From NCBI GenBank assembly GCA_965215165.1, contig CBDCCX010000006.1, forward strand, positions 174,831 through 238,830: DNA of 64,000 nt. The letters are read 5' to 3'. Source of the DNA: Rhodothermales bacterium (lineage in GTDB: Bacteria > Bacteroidota > Rhodothermia > Rhodothermales > JANQRZ01). Made by a program: the position numbers and the translations under genes. The first letter of the stretch is position 1. Each line of letters opens with the position of its first letter. Below the pieces are notes generated by a model. That model saw only the letters and a list, made by a program, of their open reading frames with translations. It was not told the origin of the DNA and ran no database searches. Of this stretch, positions 47,291 to 60,313 are shown piece by piece.

Positions 47291-48001
47291 ATGTCCTCGA
47301 TGCTCAAGCCCCCGAAACCGGTCAGCCGTCGCCAAGAGCTGCGCGAAGACAAGGTCGTCACGGCCTACGCGCGGACCATGGCGATGGCCGACGAGAACAA
47401 GGGCGCGATCATCGCCGCCGTCGCTGGCATCGTGGTGATCTTCCTCGGGGTCCTCGGCTTCACCTACTACCAGGCCAACCAGGGCAACCGGGCCGACGAC
47501 CTCCTCGGCGCGGCCCTCCCGGCCTACGAGGCGGGCTCCTACCAGGAAGCCCTCGACGGCACCGCCGACGCTCCGGGCCTGCTCGGCATCGCCGACGAGT
47601 ACGGCTCGACCGGCGCGGGCAACCTCGCCCGGTTCTACGCCGCGAGCGCGCTCTTCGAGCTAGGCCGCACCGAAGAAGCCGCCGAGATGTGGGAGGCCTA
47701 CGACGGGGGCGACGACCTCCTGGGCGCGAGTGCCGTCGCCGGCCGCGCCGCCGTGGCCGAGCTCAACGGCGAGCGCGCCGAAGCGGCCGACCTCTACCGC
47801 CGCGCTGCCCGAGCCTACGAGAGCGCGGCGACGGCCCCGGCCTACTACCTCGACGCGGCCCGCAACTACGAGGCGGCCGGCAACTTCGACGCCGCCCGCG
47901 CCGCCTACGACGCCATCGCCGACGACTACGCCGACGCCCCCGAGGCCGCGACGATCGCCGCGATGAGCGCCCGCCTCGACGCGCTCTCAAACGCCGAGTG
48001 A
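47291..48001 (+). CDS. Membrane-anchored TPR-like protein (YfgM-like)
   Basis: 236 aa. One N-terminal TM helix (AIIAAVAGIVVIFLGVLGF), then an Ala-rich helical repeat region. Confidence 0.55.
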   Translation: MSSMLKPPKPVSRRQELREDKVVTAYARTMAMADENKGAIIAAVAGIVVIFLGVLGFTYYQANQGNRADDLLGAALPAYEAGSYQEALDGTADAPGLLGIADEYGSTGAGNLARFYAASALFELGRTEEAAEMWEAYDGGDDLLGASAVAGRAAVAELNGERAEAADLYRRAARAYESAATAPAYYLDAARNYEAAGNFDAARAAYDAIADDYADAPEAATIAAMSARLDALSNAE

Positions 48002-48089
48002 CGAGCACCGAGCGACGAACGCACCTCGTGTACCACTTGCTCGCTCGTCCTCGCTCGTCATCCGACCCTCGTCACTCGACGCTCCCCTC
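48002..48089 (+). repeat. Word-hairpin element, GAGCGACGA family
   Basis: GACGAGCACCGAGCGACGAACG on the left faces GCTCGCTCGTCCTCGCTCGTC on the right. It ends at ATG 48090. The same words recur at 39400-39479. Confidence 0.4.
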
Positions 48090-49472
48090 ATGCCTTCCAT
48101 TCTGATCGCCGACGACGAGCCGAGCATCCGCCGGACGCTGCGCGACATCCTCGAGTACGAAGGCCACGAGATCGGCGAGGCGGTCGATGGGGACGACGCC
48201 TTCGAGCAGGCCAAGAACGGCAAGTTCGACCTGGTGCTGCTCGACATCAAGATGCCCAAGCGCGACGGCCTCGACGTGCTCGAGGCGCTCGGCGACGCCG
48301 AGGTCGGCGTCCCGATCATCATGATCTCCGGGCACGGCACGGTCGAGACGGCCGTCGAGGCGACCCGGCTCGGAGCGACGGACTTCATCGAGAAGCCGCC
48401 CGACCTCAACCGGCTACTCGTCTCGGTGCGCGGTGCCCTGGAGCGCGGCTCGCTCAAGACCGAGAACCGCCGCATGCGCCAGGCCATCGCCGACGTGGGG
48501 CAGTCCGACCTGACGCCCATCGTCGGCGAGAGCGCGGCCATCGGCAAGATCACGGCGACCGTCGAGCGCGTCGCCCCGACCGAGGCCCGGGTGCTCATCA
48601 CCGGCGAGCCAGGCACCGGCAAGGAGCTGGTCGCCCGGTGGGTCCACCACCGCTCGCACCGCGCCGACGGACCCCTCGTCGAGGTCAACTGCGCCGCGAT
48701 CCCGTCGGAGCTGATCGAGAGCGAGCTGTTCGGCCACGAGAAGGGCAGCTTCACCGGGGCCACCAAGCAGCGCACCGGCAAGTTCGAGCAGGCCGACGGC
48801 GGGACCCTGTTCCTCGACGAGATCGGGGACATGTCGCTCAGCGCCCAGGCGAAGGTCCTGCGCGCGCTCCAGGAGAACAAGATCACGCGCGTCGGCGGCG
48901 ACCGCTCGATCGACGTGAACGTCCGCATCGTGGCGGCGACCAACAAGAACCTCCTGGAGGAGGTGGAGGCCGGGCAGTTTCGCGAGGACCTCTACCACCG
49001 GCTCTCGGTGATCCTGATCCACGTCCCGCCGCTGCGCGAGCGCCGGAGCGACGTGCCGCTGATCGCCTCGTTCATCCTCGGCCGCGTGACGCGCCGCAAC
49101 GGCCTCCCCAAGAAGGACTTCACCGACGCCGCGCTCGACCGGCTCCAGCGCTACGACTGGCGCGGGAATGTGCGGGAGCTCTACAACGTCGTCGAGCGCC
49201 TGCTCATCCTCTCCGAAGGCGACGCCGTGACCGAGGGCGATGTCGAGCAGTTCGTCCGCCCCGGCGGCGCGACGCAGGACCCCCTGGCCGGATTGATGGA
49301 CCAGTACGACCAGTTCGCCGACTTCCGCGACCAGGCCGAGAAGCTCTTCATCGAGCGCAAGCTGGACGAGTTCGGCTGGAACGTCTCGCAGACCGCCGAG
49401 GCCATCGGCATCCAGCGCTCGCACCTCTACAACAAGCTCAACAAGTACGGCATCGCGCGCGAGGAGGGCTAG
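48090..49472 (+). CDS. Sigma-54-dependent response regulator (NtrC family)
   Basis: Receiver domain (DLVLLDIKMPKRDG). AAA+ domain (GEPGTGKELVARWVH, GAFTGA-like GSFTGA, ESELFGHEKG). C-terminal Fis-type HTH. Its TAG stop is formed at the edge of element copy B. Confidence 0.9.
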   Translation: MPSILIADDEPSIRRTLRDILEYEGHEIGEAVDGDDAFEQAKNGKFDLVLLDIKMPKRDGLDVLEALGDAEVGVPIIMISGHGTVETAVEATRLGATDFIEKPPDLNRLLVSVRGALERGSLKTENRRMRQAIADVGQSDLTPIVGESAAIGKITATVERVAPTEARVLITGEPGTGKELVARWVHHRSHRADGPLVEVNCAAIPSELIESELFGHEKGSFTGATKQRTGKFEQADGGTLFLDEIGDMSLSAQAKVLRALQENKITRVGGDRSIDVNVRIVAATNKNLLEEVEAGQFREDLYHRLSVILIHVPPLRERRSDVPLIASFILGRVTRRNGLPKKDFTDAALDRLQRYDWRGNVRELYNVVERLLILSEGDAVTEGDVEQFVRPGGATQDPLAGLMDQYDQFADFRDQAEKLFIERKLDEFGWNVSQTAEAIGIQRSHLYNKLNKYGIAREEG

Positions 49473-49649
49473 GGCGTGTGGACAAGTACCGATATCCGCT
49501 CTCCCGGTCCAGATTCCGCTTTGGCTGCGTTGCACTCGGCGCCTGATGCTACGGCATCTGGCTCCTACGGGACGCGTCCCTCGCGCGCCTTGCCAAGTTG
49601 AAATCGTGACCTCGTGCGAGCATGAGCCTGCAAATGTTCACACGCCCTA
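49470..49649. mobile_element. MITE-like element copy B
   Basis: TIRs TA-GGGCGTGTGGACA (49470-49484) and TGTTCACACGCCC-TA (49635-49649). Internal GATGCTACGGCATC hairpin and GGGACGCGTCCC palindrome. Roughly 70% identity by eye to the reverse complement of copy A. Confidence 0.6.
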
Positions 49650-49806
49650 GCGCATCGGGGGATTGAGGGGTCGGGGGAGTGAAGAGCGCCCCCCTCGGCA
49701 TTGGGTACCGCTGACGCATTGCGAAAGGAGCGCACGACCGTTCATGGATCCTACAACGCCTGAGCCGGCACCCAATCCTCCGGTCCTCCGATCCCCAAAT
49801 TCCCCG
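49650..49806 (+). repeat. Word-hairpin-like inverted repeat preceding lolD
   Basis: GGGGATTGAGGGGTCGGGGG (about 49657) faces CCTCCGATCCCCAAATTCCCC (about 49782-49803). The right arm ends at ATG 49807. Confidence 0.3.
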
Positions 49807-50478
<672 letters not shown>

Positions 50479-50551
50479 GGCTCGGGGGCAGAACCCGCCC
50501 CCGCATCGCCCGTTTATCCCGGCCCATTCGCTGAACCCACCTGCGCCGCCG

Positions 50552-51559
50552 ATGACCGAGACCCTCGACCTCCTCGCCCCGGAAGCGCTCGCCACCGTCG
50601 GCTACGTCCGCGAGCCCATCGACCCGGCGCTCGACCTCTTCGACGAGATCGAACGGCTGAAGCGGGAGAAGAACGCCGTCCTCCTCGCGCACTACTACCA
50701 GGAGCCGGACATCCAGGACATCGCCGACTACATCGGCGACTCGCTCGGCCTGGCGCGCGAAGCCGCCGCGACGGACGCCGAGATCATCGTCTTCGCCGGC
50801 GTCCACTTCATGGCCGAGACCGCCAAAATCCTCAACCCGCAGAAGAAGGTCTTGCTGCCGGACTTGCACGCCGGCTGCTCGCTGGCCGATAGCTGCCCGC
50901 CTGACGCCTTCGCCGCCTTCCGCGACGAGCACCCGGATCACATCGTCATCTCGTACATCAACTGCACCGCCGCGATCAAGGCGCAGACCGACATCATCTG
51001 CACGTCCTCGAACGCCGAGCACCTCGTCCGCCAAATCCCCCCGGACCAGCCGATCATCTTCGCGCCCGACCGCAACCTCGGCCGGTGGCTCGTCGAGCAG
51101 ACCGGCCGCGACATGGTGCTCTGGGACGGAAGCTGCATCGTCCACGAGGTGTTCTCCGAGCAGGAGATCGTCCGCCTCAAGGTCCGCCACCCCGGCGCAC
51201 CCGTGCTCGCCCACCCCGAGTGCGAAGAGGCGGTCCTCCGCCACGCCGATCACGTCGGCTCGACCTCGTCCATTCGTCGCTTCGCGACCGAGAGCGACGC
51301 CGCGTCGTTCATCGTCGCGACCGAGTCGGGCATCCTGCACCAGATGCAGAAGGACAACCCGGAGAAGACGTTCATCCCGGCCCCGCCCTCGAACGGCTGC
51401 GCGTGCAACGACTGTCCACACATGAAGCTAAACACCCTCGAAAAGCTCTACCTCTGCCTCAAGCACGAGGCCCCGGAGATCGTCATGGACGAGGCGATCC
51501 GGCTGCGCGCGCTCCAGCCCATCGAGCGGATGCTGGCGATGAGCGAGGGCGTGAGTTGA
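50552..51559 (+). CDS. nadA: Quinolinate synthase
   Basis: 335 aa. [34 protein letters not shown], and [10 protein letters not shown]. Confidence 0.9.
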   Translation: MTETLDLLAPEALATVGYVREPIDPALDLFDEIERLKREKNAVLLAHYYQEPDIQDIADYIGDSLGLAREAAATDAEIIVFAGVHFMAETAKILNPQKKVLLPDLHAGCSLADSCPPDAFAAFRDEHPDHIVISYINCTAAIKAQTDIICTSSNAEHLVRQIPPDQPIIFAPDRNLGRWLVEQTGRDMVLWDGSCIVHEVFSEQEIVRLKVRHPGAPVLAHPECEEAVLRHADHVGSTSSIRRFATESDAASFIVATESGILHQMQKDNPEKTFIPAPPSNGCACNDCPHMKLNTLEKLYLCLKHEAPEIVMDEAIRLRALQPIERMLAMSEGVS

Positions 51560-51595
51560 GGAAGCTCTCCGTCCTCTGCCGCACTCCGAGTCAGG

Positions 51596-51754
51596 TCATG
51601 TGCGATGCGACCGGACTCGCGTGGCGAGGTGCCATCCACCGCCAATGGCAATCAGCAGCAAGGGAATGCCACCAGGTTCGTTCTCTGTAGAGATCATATA
51701 GACCAAGAGTGCGACTCCGATCACAAGGGTTAGCACCGGGAATAGCTTACTCAT
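51596..51754 (-). CDS. Small two-helix hydrophobic protein in a low-GC islet (hypothetical)
   Basis: MSKLFPVLTLVIGVALLVYMISTENEPGGIPLLLIAIGGGWHLATRVRSHRT from ATG 51754. The surrounding ~300 bp is clearly less GC-rich than its neighbours. Confidence 0.3.
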   Translation of the reverse strand: MSKLFPVLTLVIGVALLVYMISTENEPGGIPLLLIAIGGGWHLATRVRSHRT

Positions 51755-51896
51755 CTCTGGCTTCTTTTTGGTGTCCTGTACGGAGTGCCCGCATTCGTTG
51801 CTCTCCGAAAGCTGCCGAAAGTATAAAGTAAAGGTACAGTGTATGTTGCTGCTACCTGACAGCCCCAAGCCCCTAGCCTCCTAGCCTGTCCTCGCC

Positions 51897-54224
51897 GTGC
51901 CCCACTCCGACTCCGTCGCCGACCTTTCGCGCGGCAGCGCCTCCGTCCTCCCGTTCCTCTACGTCGCCTGGGCCGACGGCCTCCTGGTGCCGTCCGAGAT
52001 CGACGCCCTCCGCGACCGCATTGCCGCGCAGGACTGGCTCCCGGACGCCGACCGCGACCAGCTCACGGCGTGGCTCGACCCCCAGAACCCGCCGGACGCG
52101 ACGACCTACTTCCGCTGGGTGCGGACGATCCGCCGGGCGGCGCGGGACATCCCCGATGCCGAAGACAAAACCCTGGCCGAGCTAGGAGTCGAGCTGGCGA
52201 AGCTCGCGGGCGAAGAGGACGGCGTGACGTTCTCGACCCCCGAGGCGCACCGAGCGCTCGACGAGCTGGAGGCCGCGCTCGGGATCGTCGGGCGCGAGGC
52301 CGTGCGCGACTTGGTCGAGCGGACGCTCCCGCCGGGCGACGGGGCTGCGACGGAGGTCCCGAGCGCCGAGGTCCCGGCCGGCTTCGACATCGAGGGAATG
52401 GGCAGGATCATTGACGGGCCGCGAGCCGACCTCCGCCGCCGCATCTTCCGCCTCCTCCGCGACGACGCCTTCCAGCGCCCCGACCCCCACGTCCGCGACG
52501 ACGCCTACCGCGACATCGTGCTCGGCTGGACCCGGCACCTCGCCGAGCAGGGGATCGGCGCGCTCGCCTACCCGGATTATGCCGGCGGCGAGGGCGACAT
52601 CGGGGCCTTCATCGCTGCCTTCGAGACGATCTCGTTCCACGACCTCGACCTCGCGATCAAGTTCGGCGTCCAGTTCGGTCTCTTCGGCGGGAGTATCAAC
52701 CAGCTCGGCAGCGAGGCGCAGCGCAGGCAGTATCTCCCGGCCGTCGGCACGCTCGAGCTGCCCGGCTGTTTCGCCATGACCGAGCGCCGGCATGGCTCGA
52801 ACGTCCGCGACCTCCAGACGACCGCCGTCCTCGACCGCGACACCGACGAGTGGGTGATCACGACGCCGACGCAGGACGACCACAAAGAGTGGATCGGGAA
52901 CGCTGCCCGCCACGGCCGGATGGCGACGGTCTTCGCCCAGCTCGTGATCGACGGCGAGGGCTTCGGCGTGCACGCCTTCCTCGTCCCGATCCGCGATGCC
53001 CAGGGCGAGCCGATGCCGGGCGTCCGCATCGAGGACTCGGGCCACAAGATGGGGCTCAACGGCGTAGACAACGGGCGGCTGTGGTTCTCCGACGTGCGGA
53101 TCCCGCGCGCGAGCCTCCTCAGCCGGTTCGCCCAAGTCGGGGAGGACGGGGTCTACCAAAGCGCGATTCCGAGTGCCTCGAAGCGGTTCTTCGTGATGCT
53201 CGGCACGCTCGTCGGCGGGCGGATCGCGGTCGGCTCGGGGGCGAACGCGGCGGCCAAGTGCGGCCTCGAGATCGCCGTGCGTTACGGGGCGCGGCGGCGG
53301 CAGTTCGGACCGGCCGGCGGGGACGAGGTGCCGCTCTTGGACTACCTCAGCCACCAGCGCCGCCTGCTCCCGCTCGTGGCGACGAGCTACGGCCTCGGGT
53401 TCGCCCTCCACGACCTCGCCGAGACCTTCGCCGCGCTCCCGCACGGGGCCGACACGCGCGAGATCGAGGCCGAGGCGGCGGCGCTCAAGGCGATGGCCTC
53501 GTGGCACGCCACGCGCTCGCTCCAGGAGGCCCGCGAGGCCTGCGGCGGCGAGGGCTTCCGCTGGACCAGCCGCATCGCCTCGCGCAAGGCCGACTCCGAC
53601 ATCTTCACCACCTTCGAGGGCGACAACACGGTCCTCCAGCTCCAGGTCGCCAAGGGCTTGCTCGCCGGCTACCGCGAGGAGTTCGAGAGCCTCAACGCCT
53701 GGGGCATGCTCCGCTACGTCCGAGACCTGGCCGACGTGCGCTTCGGCGAGGTCAACCCCCTGGCCCGGCGCGAGACGGACAAGCTCCACGACCCAGCCTG
53801 GCACGCCGCCCTCTTCGAGCGCCGCGAGCGGCAGCTCCTGGTCACGGCCGCCCGCCGGATCAAGCACCGGCTCGACGGCGGGGTCGACTCGTTCGACGCG
53901 TTCGTCGAGGTGCAGGACCACCTGCTGACGCTCGCCACGGCCCACGCCGAGCGGCTGGTCTACGACCGCTTCCGGGCGGCGGTAGACCGGACCGAGGACG
54001 CCCATCTCCGCTCGGTCCTCGACCTCGTCTGCACGCTCTACGGACTCTGGCACCTCGAGCGCGATCGGGGCTGGTTCCTGGAGCAACACATCTTCGAGGG
54101 GAACGTGGCGAAGGCCACTCGCACCGAGGTCAACGCGCTGCTGCATCGGCTGCGCCCGCTCGCCGTGGACCTCGTCGCGGCATGGGGTGTCCCCGAAGAG
54201 GTGCTGGCGTCAGACTTGGTCTAA
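51897..54224 (+). CDS. Acyl-CoA oxidase/dehydrogenase family protein with an extra N-terminal domain
   Basis: 775 aa with a GTG start. ACAD/ACOX blocks are present (GCFAMTERRHGSNVRDLQT, FEGDNTVLQLQVAK). The first ~150 aa (LPFLYVAWADGLLVPSEIDAL...) look TerB/DjlA-N-like. Confidence 0.8.
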   Translation: MPHSDSVADLSRGSASVLPFLYVAWADGLLVPSEIDALRDRIAAQDWLPDADRDQLTAWLDPQNPPDATTYFRWVRTIRRAARDIPDAEDKTLAELGVELAKLAGEEDGVTFSTPEAHRALDELEAALGIVGREAVRDLVERTLPPGDGAATEVPSAEVPAGFDIEGMGRIIDGPRADLRRRIFRLLRDDAFQRPDPHVRDDAYRDIVLGWTRHLAEQGIGALAYPDYAGGEGDIGAFIAAFETISFHDLDLAIKFGVQFGLFGGSINQLGSEAQRRQYLPAVGTLELPGCFAMTERRHGSNVRDLQTTAVLDRDTDEWVITTPTQDDHKEWIGNAARHGRMATVFAQLVIDGEGFGVHAFLVPIRDAQGEPMPGVRIEDSGHKMGLNGVDNGRLWFSDVRIPRASLLSRFAQVGEDGVYQSAIPSASKRFFVMLGTLVGGRIAVGSGANAAAKCGLEIAVRYGARRRQFGPAGGDEVPLLDYLSHQRRLLPLVATSYGLGFALHDLAETFAALPHGADTREIEAEAAALKAMASWHATRSLQEAREACGGEGFRWTSRIASRKADSDIFTTFEGDNTVLQLQVAKGLLAGYREEFESLNAWGMLRYVRDLADVRFGEVNPLARRETDKLHDPAWHAALFERRERQLLVTAARRIKHRLDGGVDSFDAFVEVQDHLLTLATAHAERLVYDRFRAAVDRTEDAHLRSVLDLVCTLYGLWHLERDRGWFLEQHIFEGNVAKATRTEVNALLHRLRPLAVDLVAAWGVPEEVLASDLV

Positions 54225-54470
54225 CCCTATTGAAGTAGGATGTAACGGGTGCTGCGGGGAGATTGCGTACGGGTTCTGGTCGAGTGCGCTCGTCTGGCGC
54301 TCGGCAACGAAGGCGGCGGATGTCAAGGGATCGTGTCAATAGGTCCGTCCTTTGGGCAAGGGGGGAGCGGCGAGCGGCGGGGCATCGGTGGACGCGGCGG
54401 GCGGCGGACTATTTGCGGGAGCGCTTCGACGGAAGACGCCCTCTCTTTCCCGCCCAAACGTCCTGCGCCC

Positions 54471-57230
<2,760 letters not shown>

Positions 57231-57249
57231 CGCGGAGAAACCCGGCGAC

Positions 57250-57298
57250 GGACGCTGCTTGTACCGGACGCTGCTTGTACCGGACGCTACTTGTACCG
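57250..57298. repeat. 3 x 16-bp tandem repeat overlapping the infA 3' end
   Basis: GGACGCTGCTTGTACC, GGACGCTGCTTGTACC, GGACGCTACTTGTACC. Only the third copy carries CTA, which is the infA TAG. Confidence 0.8.
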
Positions 57299-57505
57299 GT
57301 AGACGATCCGGCCCTTCGTCAGGTCATAGGGCGACATCTCGACGTCGACCCGGTCGCCGGGGAGAATGCGGATGAAGAACTTCCGCATCTTGCCCGAGAG
57401 GAGGCCGAGGATCTCGTGCCCGTTGTCGAGCTGGACACGGAATTGGGCGTTGGGGAGCGCGTCGGTGACGACGCCTTCTTGCTTGATCGGTTGCTGCTTA
57501 GCCAT
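57287..57505 (-). CDS. infA: Translation initiation factor IF-1
   Basis: [72 protein letters not shown] is canonical IF-1. Confidence 0.95.
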   Translation of the reverse strand: MAKQQPIKQEGVVTDALPNAQFRVQLDNGHEILGLLSGKMRKFFIRILPGDRVDVEMSPYDLTKGRIVYRYK

Positions 57506-57654
57506 ACAGAGTGCGCGGGGCGCATTGGTGGTCGCAGCGGGAGGGCGTGCCGAGCGCACACCGCGAGGGTACCGCTGCTGGAAGAGGAGTGTACGCGCGA
57601 AGAGGCCGTCGGGTCCGCCCGGCGACCGGCCGGGTGCCGTCGCCCGCCGGGGAG

Positions 57655-59169
57655 CTAGTGCTCGTTCTCCTCCTTCGCCACCCCGCGCTCCACCGGGACC
57701 GGGTAGTTGGAGGTGAAGCAGGCGTTGCAGAAGCCGTCGTCGCCGCTGGCCTCGCGGACGGCCGCCATCATCCCGTCCACCGACACGTAGGCGAGCGAGT
57801 CCACGCCGAGCCACGCGCCCATCTTCGCCACGTCGCGGTCGTACTGGTTGGCGAGCAGCTCAGTCTCGGTCGGGAAGTCCATGCCGTAGAAGCACGGCGA
57901 AATCACCGGCGGGGCGGCGCTGCGGAAGTGGACCTCGCGCGCGCCCGCATCGCGGACCATCTGGACGAGCAGCTTGGCCGTGGTCCCGCGCACGATCGAG
58001 TCGTCGACCATGATCACGACGCGGTCCTTGAGGAGCCCTTCAACCGGGTTGAACTTGGTCCGCACCTTCATCTCGCGGGCGTCCTGGCCGGGCGAGATGA
58101 AGGTGCGCCCGACGTAGTGGTTGCGGATCAGCCCGATCTCGTAGCGCACGTCGTAGCCCATCTTCTGGCACTCGGTGACGTAGCCGAGCGTCGCCGTGTT
58201 GGACGAGTCTGGGACCGAGATCACAATGGGCCGCCGGTCGCCGTCGATGCGGTGGGGCGGCGGGGCGTCGTGCGCGAGGGCCTTGCCGATCTTGCGGCGG
58301 ACCTTGTCGACCATCGCGCCGAAGATCTTGGAGTCGGGGCGGGAGAAGTAGACGTACTCGAAGACGCACTGGCTCACGCCGTGGTTGCGCGGCAGACAGA
58401 CGGCTCCGAACGCCTCGCCGTCCGGCTCGTCGGTGCGCTCGGCCTGTTCGATGGCGGCGCGGTCGATCACCAGGATTTCGCCCGGTTCGACGTCGCGGAC
58501 GTAGCTGGCCCCGATGATGTCGAAGGCGCAGGTCTCCGACGCCACGCAGTAGGCCACGCCGCCGTCGTGCTCGAGCCGGCCGAGGGCGAGCGGGCGGAAG
58601 CCGTTGGGGTCGCGGACCGCGATCAGCGCGTCGTCGGTGAGCAGCACGAGCGAGAACGCGCCGCGGCACTGGTGCAGCGCGTCGATGATGCGCGGCACCG
58701 GCCCGTCCTCCCGGCTCTGCGCCACAAGGTGGAGGATCAGCTCCGAGTCCGAGGACGAGTTGAAGAGCGTGCCCTTCGCCACCAACTCGTCGCGGATCGA
58801 GCGGGCGTTGGAGAGGTTGCCGTTGTGGGCGAGCGCGAGGTTGCCCTCCTGGTAGTGGACGACGAACGGCTGGATGTTGGCCGGGTTGTCGGCGGCCCCG
58901 CTCGTCGAGTAGCGGGTGTGGCCGATGGCGGCGTCGCCGAGGAGCTTGGTCTCGAAGAGGTCGGGCTCGTCGAACACGTCGAGCACGAGCCCGAAGTCAC
59001 GGTGGGTCGGCATGGTCGGCCGGCCGCGCGCCTCGTCGTAGGTGGCCGTGACGATGCCGGCGGACTCCTGCCCGCGGTGCTGGAGCGCGTGGAGGCCGAA
59101 GTAGCTCAGCCGCGCCGCCTCGGGGTGGTTGAAGATGCCGACGATGCCGCAGTGGTCTCGGACGCTCAT
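57655..59169 (-). CDS. purF: Amidophosphoribosyltransferase
   Basis: [12 protein letters not shown]... is the N-terminal Cys of an Ntn amidotransferase. PRTase motif [14 protein letters not shown]-terminal Fe-S cysteines. Confidence 0.95.
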   Translation of the reverse strand: MSVRDHCGIVGIFNHPEAARLSYFGLHALQHRGQESAGIVTATYDEARGRPTMPTHRDFGLVLDVFDEPDLFETKLLGDAAIGHTRYSTSGAADNPANIQPFVVHYQEGNLALAHNGNLSNARSIRDELVAKGTLFNSSSDSELILHLVAQSREDGPVPRIIDALHQCRGAFSLVLLTDDALIAVRDPNGFRPLALGRLEHDGGVAYCVASETCAFDIIGASYVRDVEPGEILVIDRAAIEQAERTDEPDGEAFGAVCLPRNHGVSQCVFEYVYFSRPDSKIFGAMVDKVRRKIGKALAHDAPPPHRIDGDRRPIVISVPDSSNTATLGYVTECQKMGYDVRYEIGLIRNHYVGRTFISPGQDAREMKVRTKFNPVEGLLKDRVVIMVDDSIVRGTTAKLLVQMVRDAGAREVHFRSAAPPVISPCFYGMDFPTETELLANQYDRDVAKMGAWLGVDSLAYVSVDGMMAAVREASGDDGFCNACFTSNYPVPVERGVAKEENEH

Positions 59170-59303
59170 GTCAACGGACGGCCTTAGGACGAAGGAAGAA
59201 GGGCGTCAACCCCGCGCGCTCGGCACGGTTCGGTGAATTCCGGTGGGACGACGGGGCAGAGGACAGAGCAAGCTGGCAAAAGTATTCTCCTGTGGCGCAT
59301 CCC

Positions 59304-59334
59304 CGTAGGGGCGCAGCGGTGCTGCGCCCCGAGG
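59304..59334. repeat. REP-like palindrome variant (GTAGGGGCGCAGCGGTGCTGCGCCCCGAG)
   Basis: The arms GGGGCGCAGC / GCTGCGCCCC are complementary. Same GTAGGGGCG head as the nuo copies. Confidence 0.55.
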
Positions 59335-59357
59335 TCTGGCACGGGTCCCCCTTATCC

Positions 59358-59900
59358 TCACAGCAGAATCAGCCCGACGGCGAGCACCACGCCGACGGCG
59401 TCCGCCACCAGGTCGCGCGTGCTGAAGAGCGGGCCGACCGGCCGGCGGCTGTCGGCCACCTCTTTGGCGAGGCCGAGCGAGAGCGTCACGCCGGCGGCGA
59501 GCGGCACGGCCGTGCCCTCGTCCGTGTCGAGCTTGGCCGTCAGGACGTACTGCGCGCTGAGCGTCAGCAGGAAGCTGCCCGCCGCGTGGAGCGCCTTGTC
59601 GCGCCCGAGCCACGAGTCGGCAAGGGTGGTATCGACCTGTAGCGAGCGGCGTTCGCCCTGTGCCCGCTCGATTGTCAACACCCCTCGTAGGGGCGCAGCC
59701 TGCGGCACCCAGATAGCGGGCTGTGCCTGCTCCACGTCCTGCACCATCCCGTCGTACAGCATCGCCCCCCGCAACGCCACCGCATCCTGCCCCGCCGCCG
59801 GCTGTGCCCCTGCCAAGAGTAGGAGCAGCGCGCCTGCGAAGGCGCACTCGCCGCGAACCGGAAATCTCCCACCCATTCCTGAGCTCCACCCCTGACTCAT
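59358..59900 (-). CDS. DUF2279-like membrane/lipoprotein (hypothetical)
   Basis: ATG 59900 overlaps the upstream TGA (ATGA). DKALHAAGSFLLT...AKEVADS...FSTRDLVADAVGV resembles the DUF2279 pattern. Confidence 0.5.
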   Translation of the reverse strand: MSQGWSSGMGGRFPVRGECAFAGALLLLLAGAQPAAGQDAVALRGAMLYDGMVQDVEQAQPAIWVPQAAPLRGVLTIERAQGERRSLQVDTTLADSWLGRDKALHAAGSFLLTLSAQYVLTAKLDTDEGTAVPLAAGVTLSLGLAKEVADSRRPVGPLFSTRDLVADAVGVVLAVGLILL

Positions 59901-60313
59901 GTGTCCGGCAGGTCTTCCGGCACGAGCCGAGGCGCGCCGCCGCTGAAGAGCTTCGCCATCGCCCACGCCGCGCCGCCGAACAGGATCAGCCCAGCCACGA
60001 TCAGCACCAGGATGCCACTGAGGGGCGTCTCGCTGAAGCGCACCGACAGGTTCTGGCTCGCCCCGCTTGGCAACCCGATCTGCACCACCCCGGCCCGCTC
60101 CGGCGTCCACTTCATCGACGCTGACTCGCCGAGGCGAACCGTGTCGCGCCGGGCGACGGCGCTGTTCGGCCGGTACGTCACGAAGACCGTGTCCACCGGC
60201 GCGTCGAAGCGCAGCGTCATCGGCACGCCGACGACCGGCTTCTCGGTGGACGGCGTGATCGGCTGCGCCGCGACGGGCAGCGCGAGGAGCAGGAAAAAGG
60301 CGAGAGCGCGCAT
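59897..60313 (-). CDS. Hypothetical exported protein with a C-terminal TM anchor
   Basis: MRALAFFLLLALPVAAQ signal peptide and C-terminal GILVLIVAGLILFGGAAWAMA helix. The start overlaps the SNF gene stop (TGATG). Confidence 0.5.
   Translation of the reverse strand: MRALAFFLLLALPVAAQPITPSTEKPVVGVPMTLRFDAPVDTVFVTYRPNSAVARRDTVRLGESASMKWTPERAGVVQIGLPSGASQNLSVRFSETPLSGILVLIVAGLILFGGAAWAMAKLFSGGAPRLVPEDLPDT

Noticed and set aside
59686-59710. Half copy of the REP-like palindrome inside the DUF2279-like CDS
   Set aside because: Only the left arm (GTAGGGGCGCAGC) is convincing and the right arm is degenerate. It could be a chance match in GC-rich coding sequence, so it is not called as a feature.
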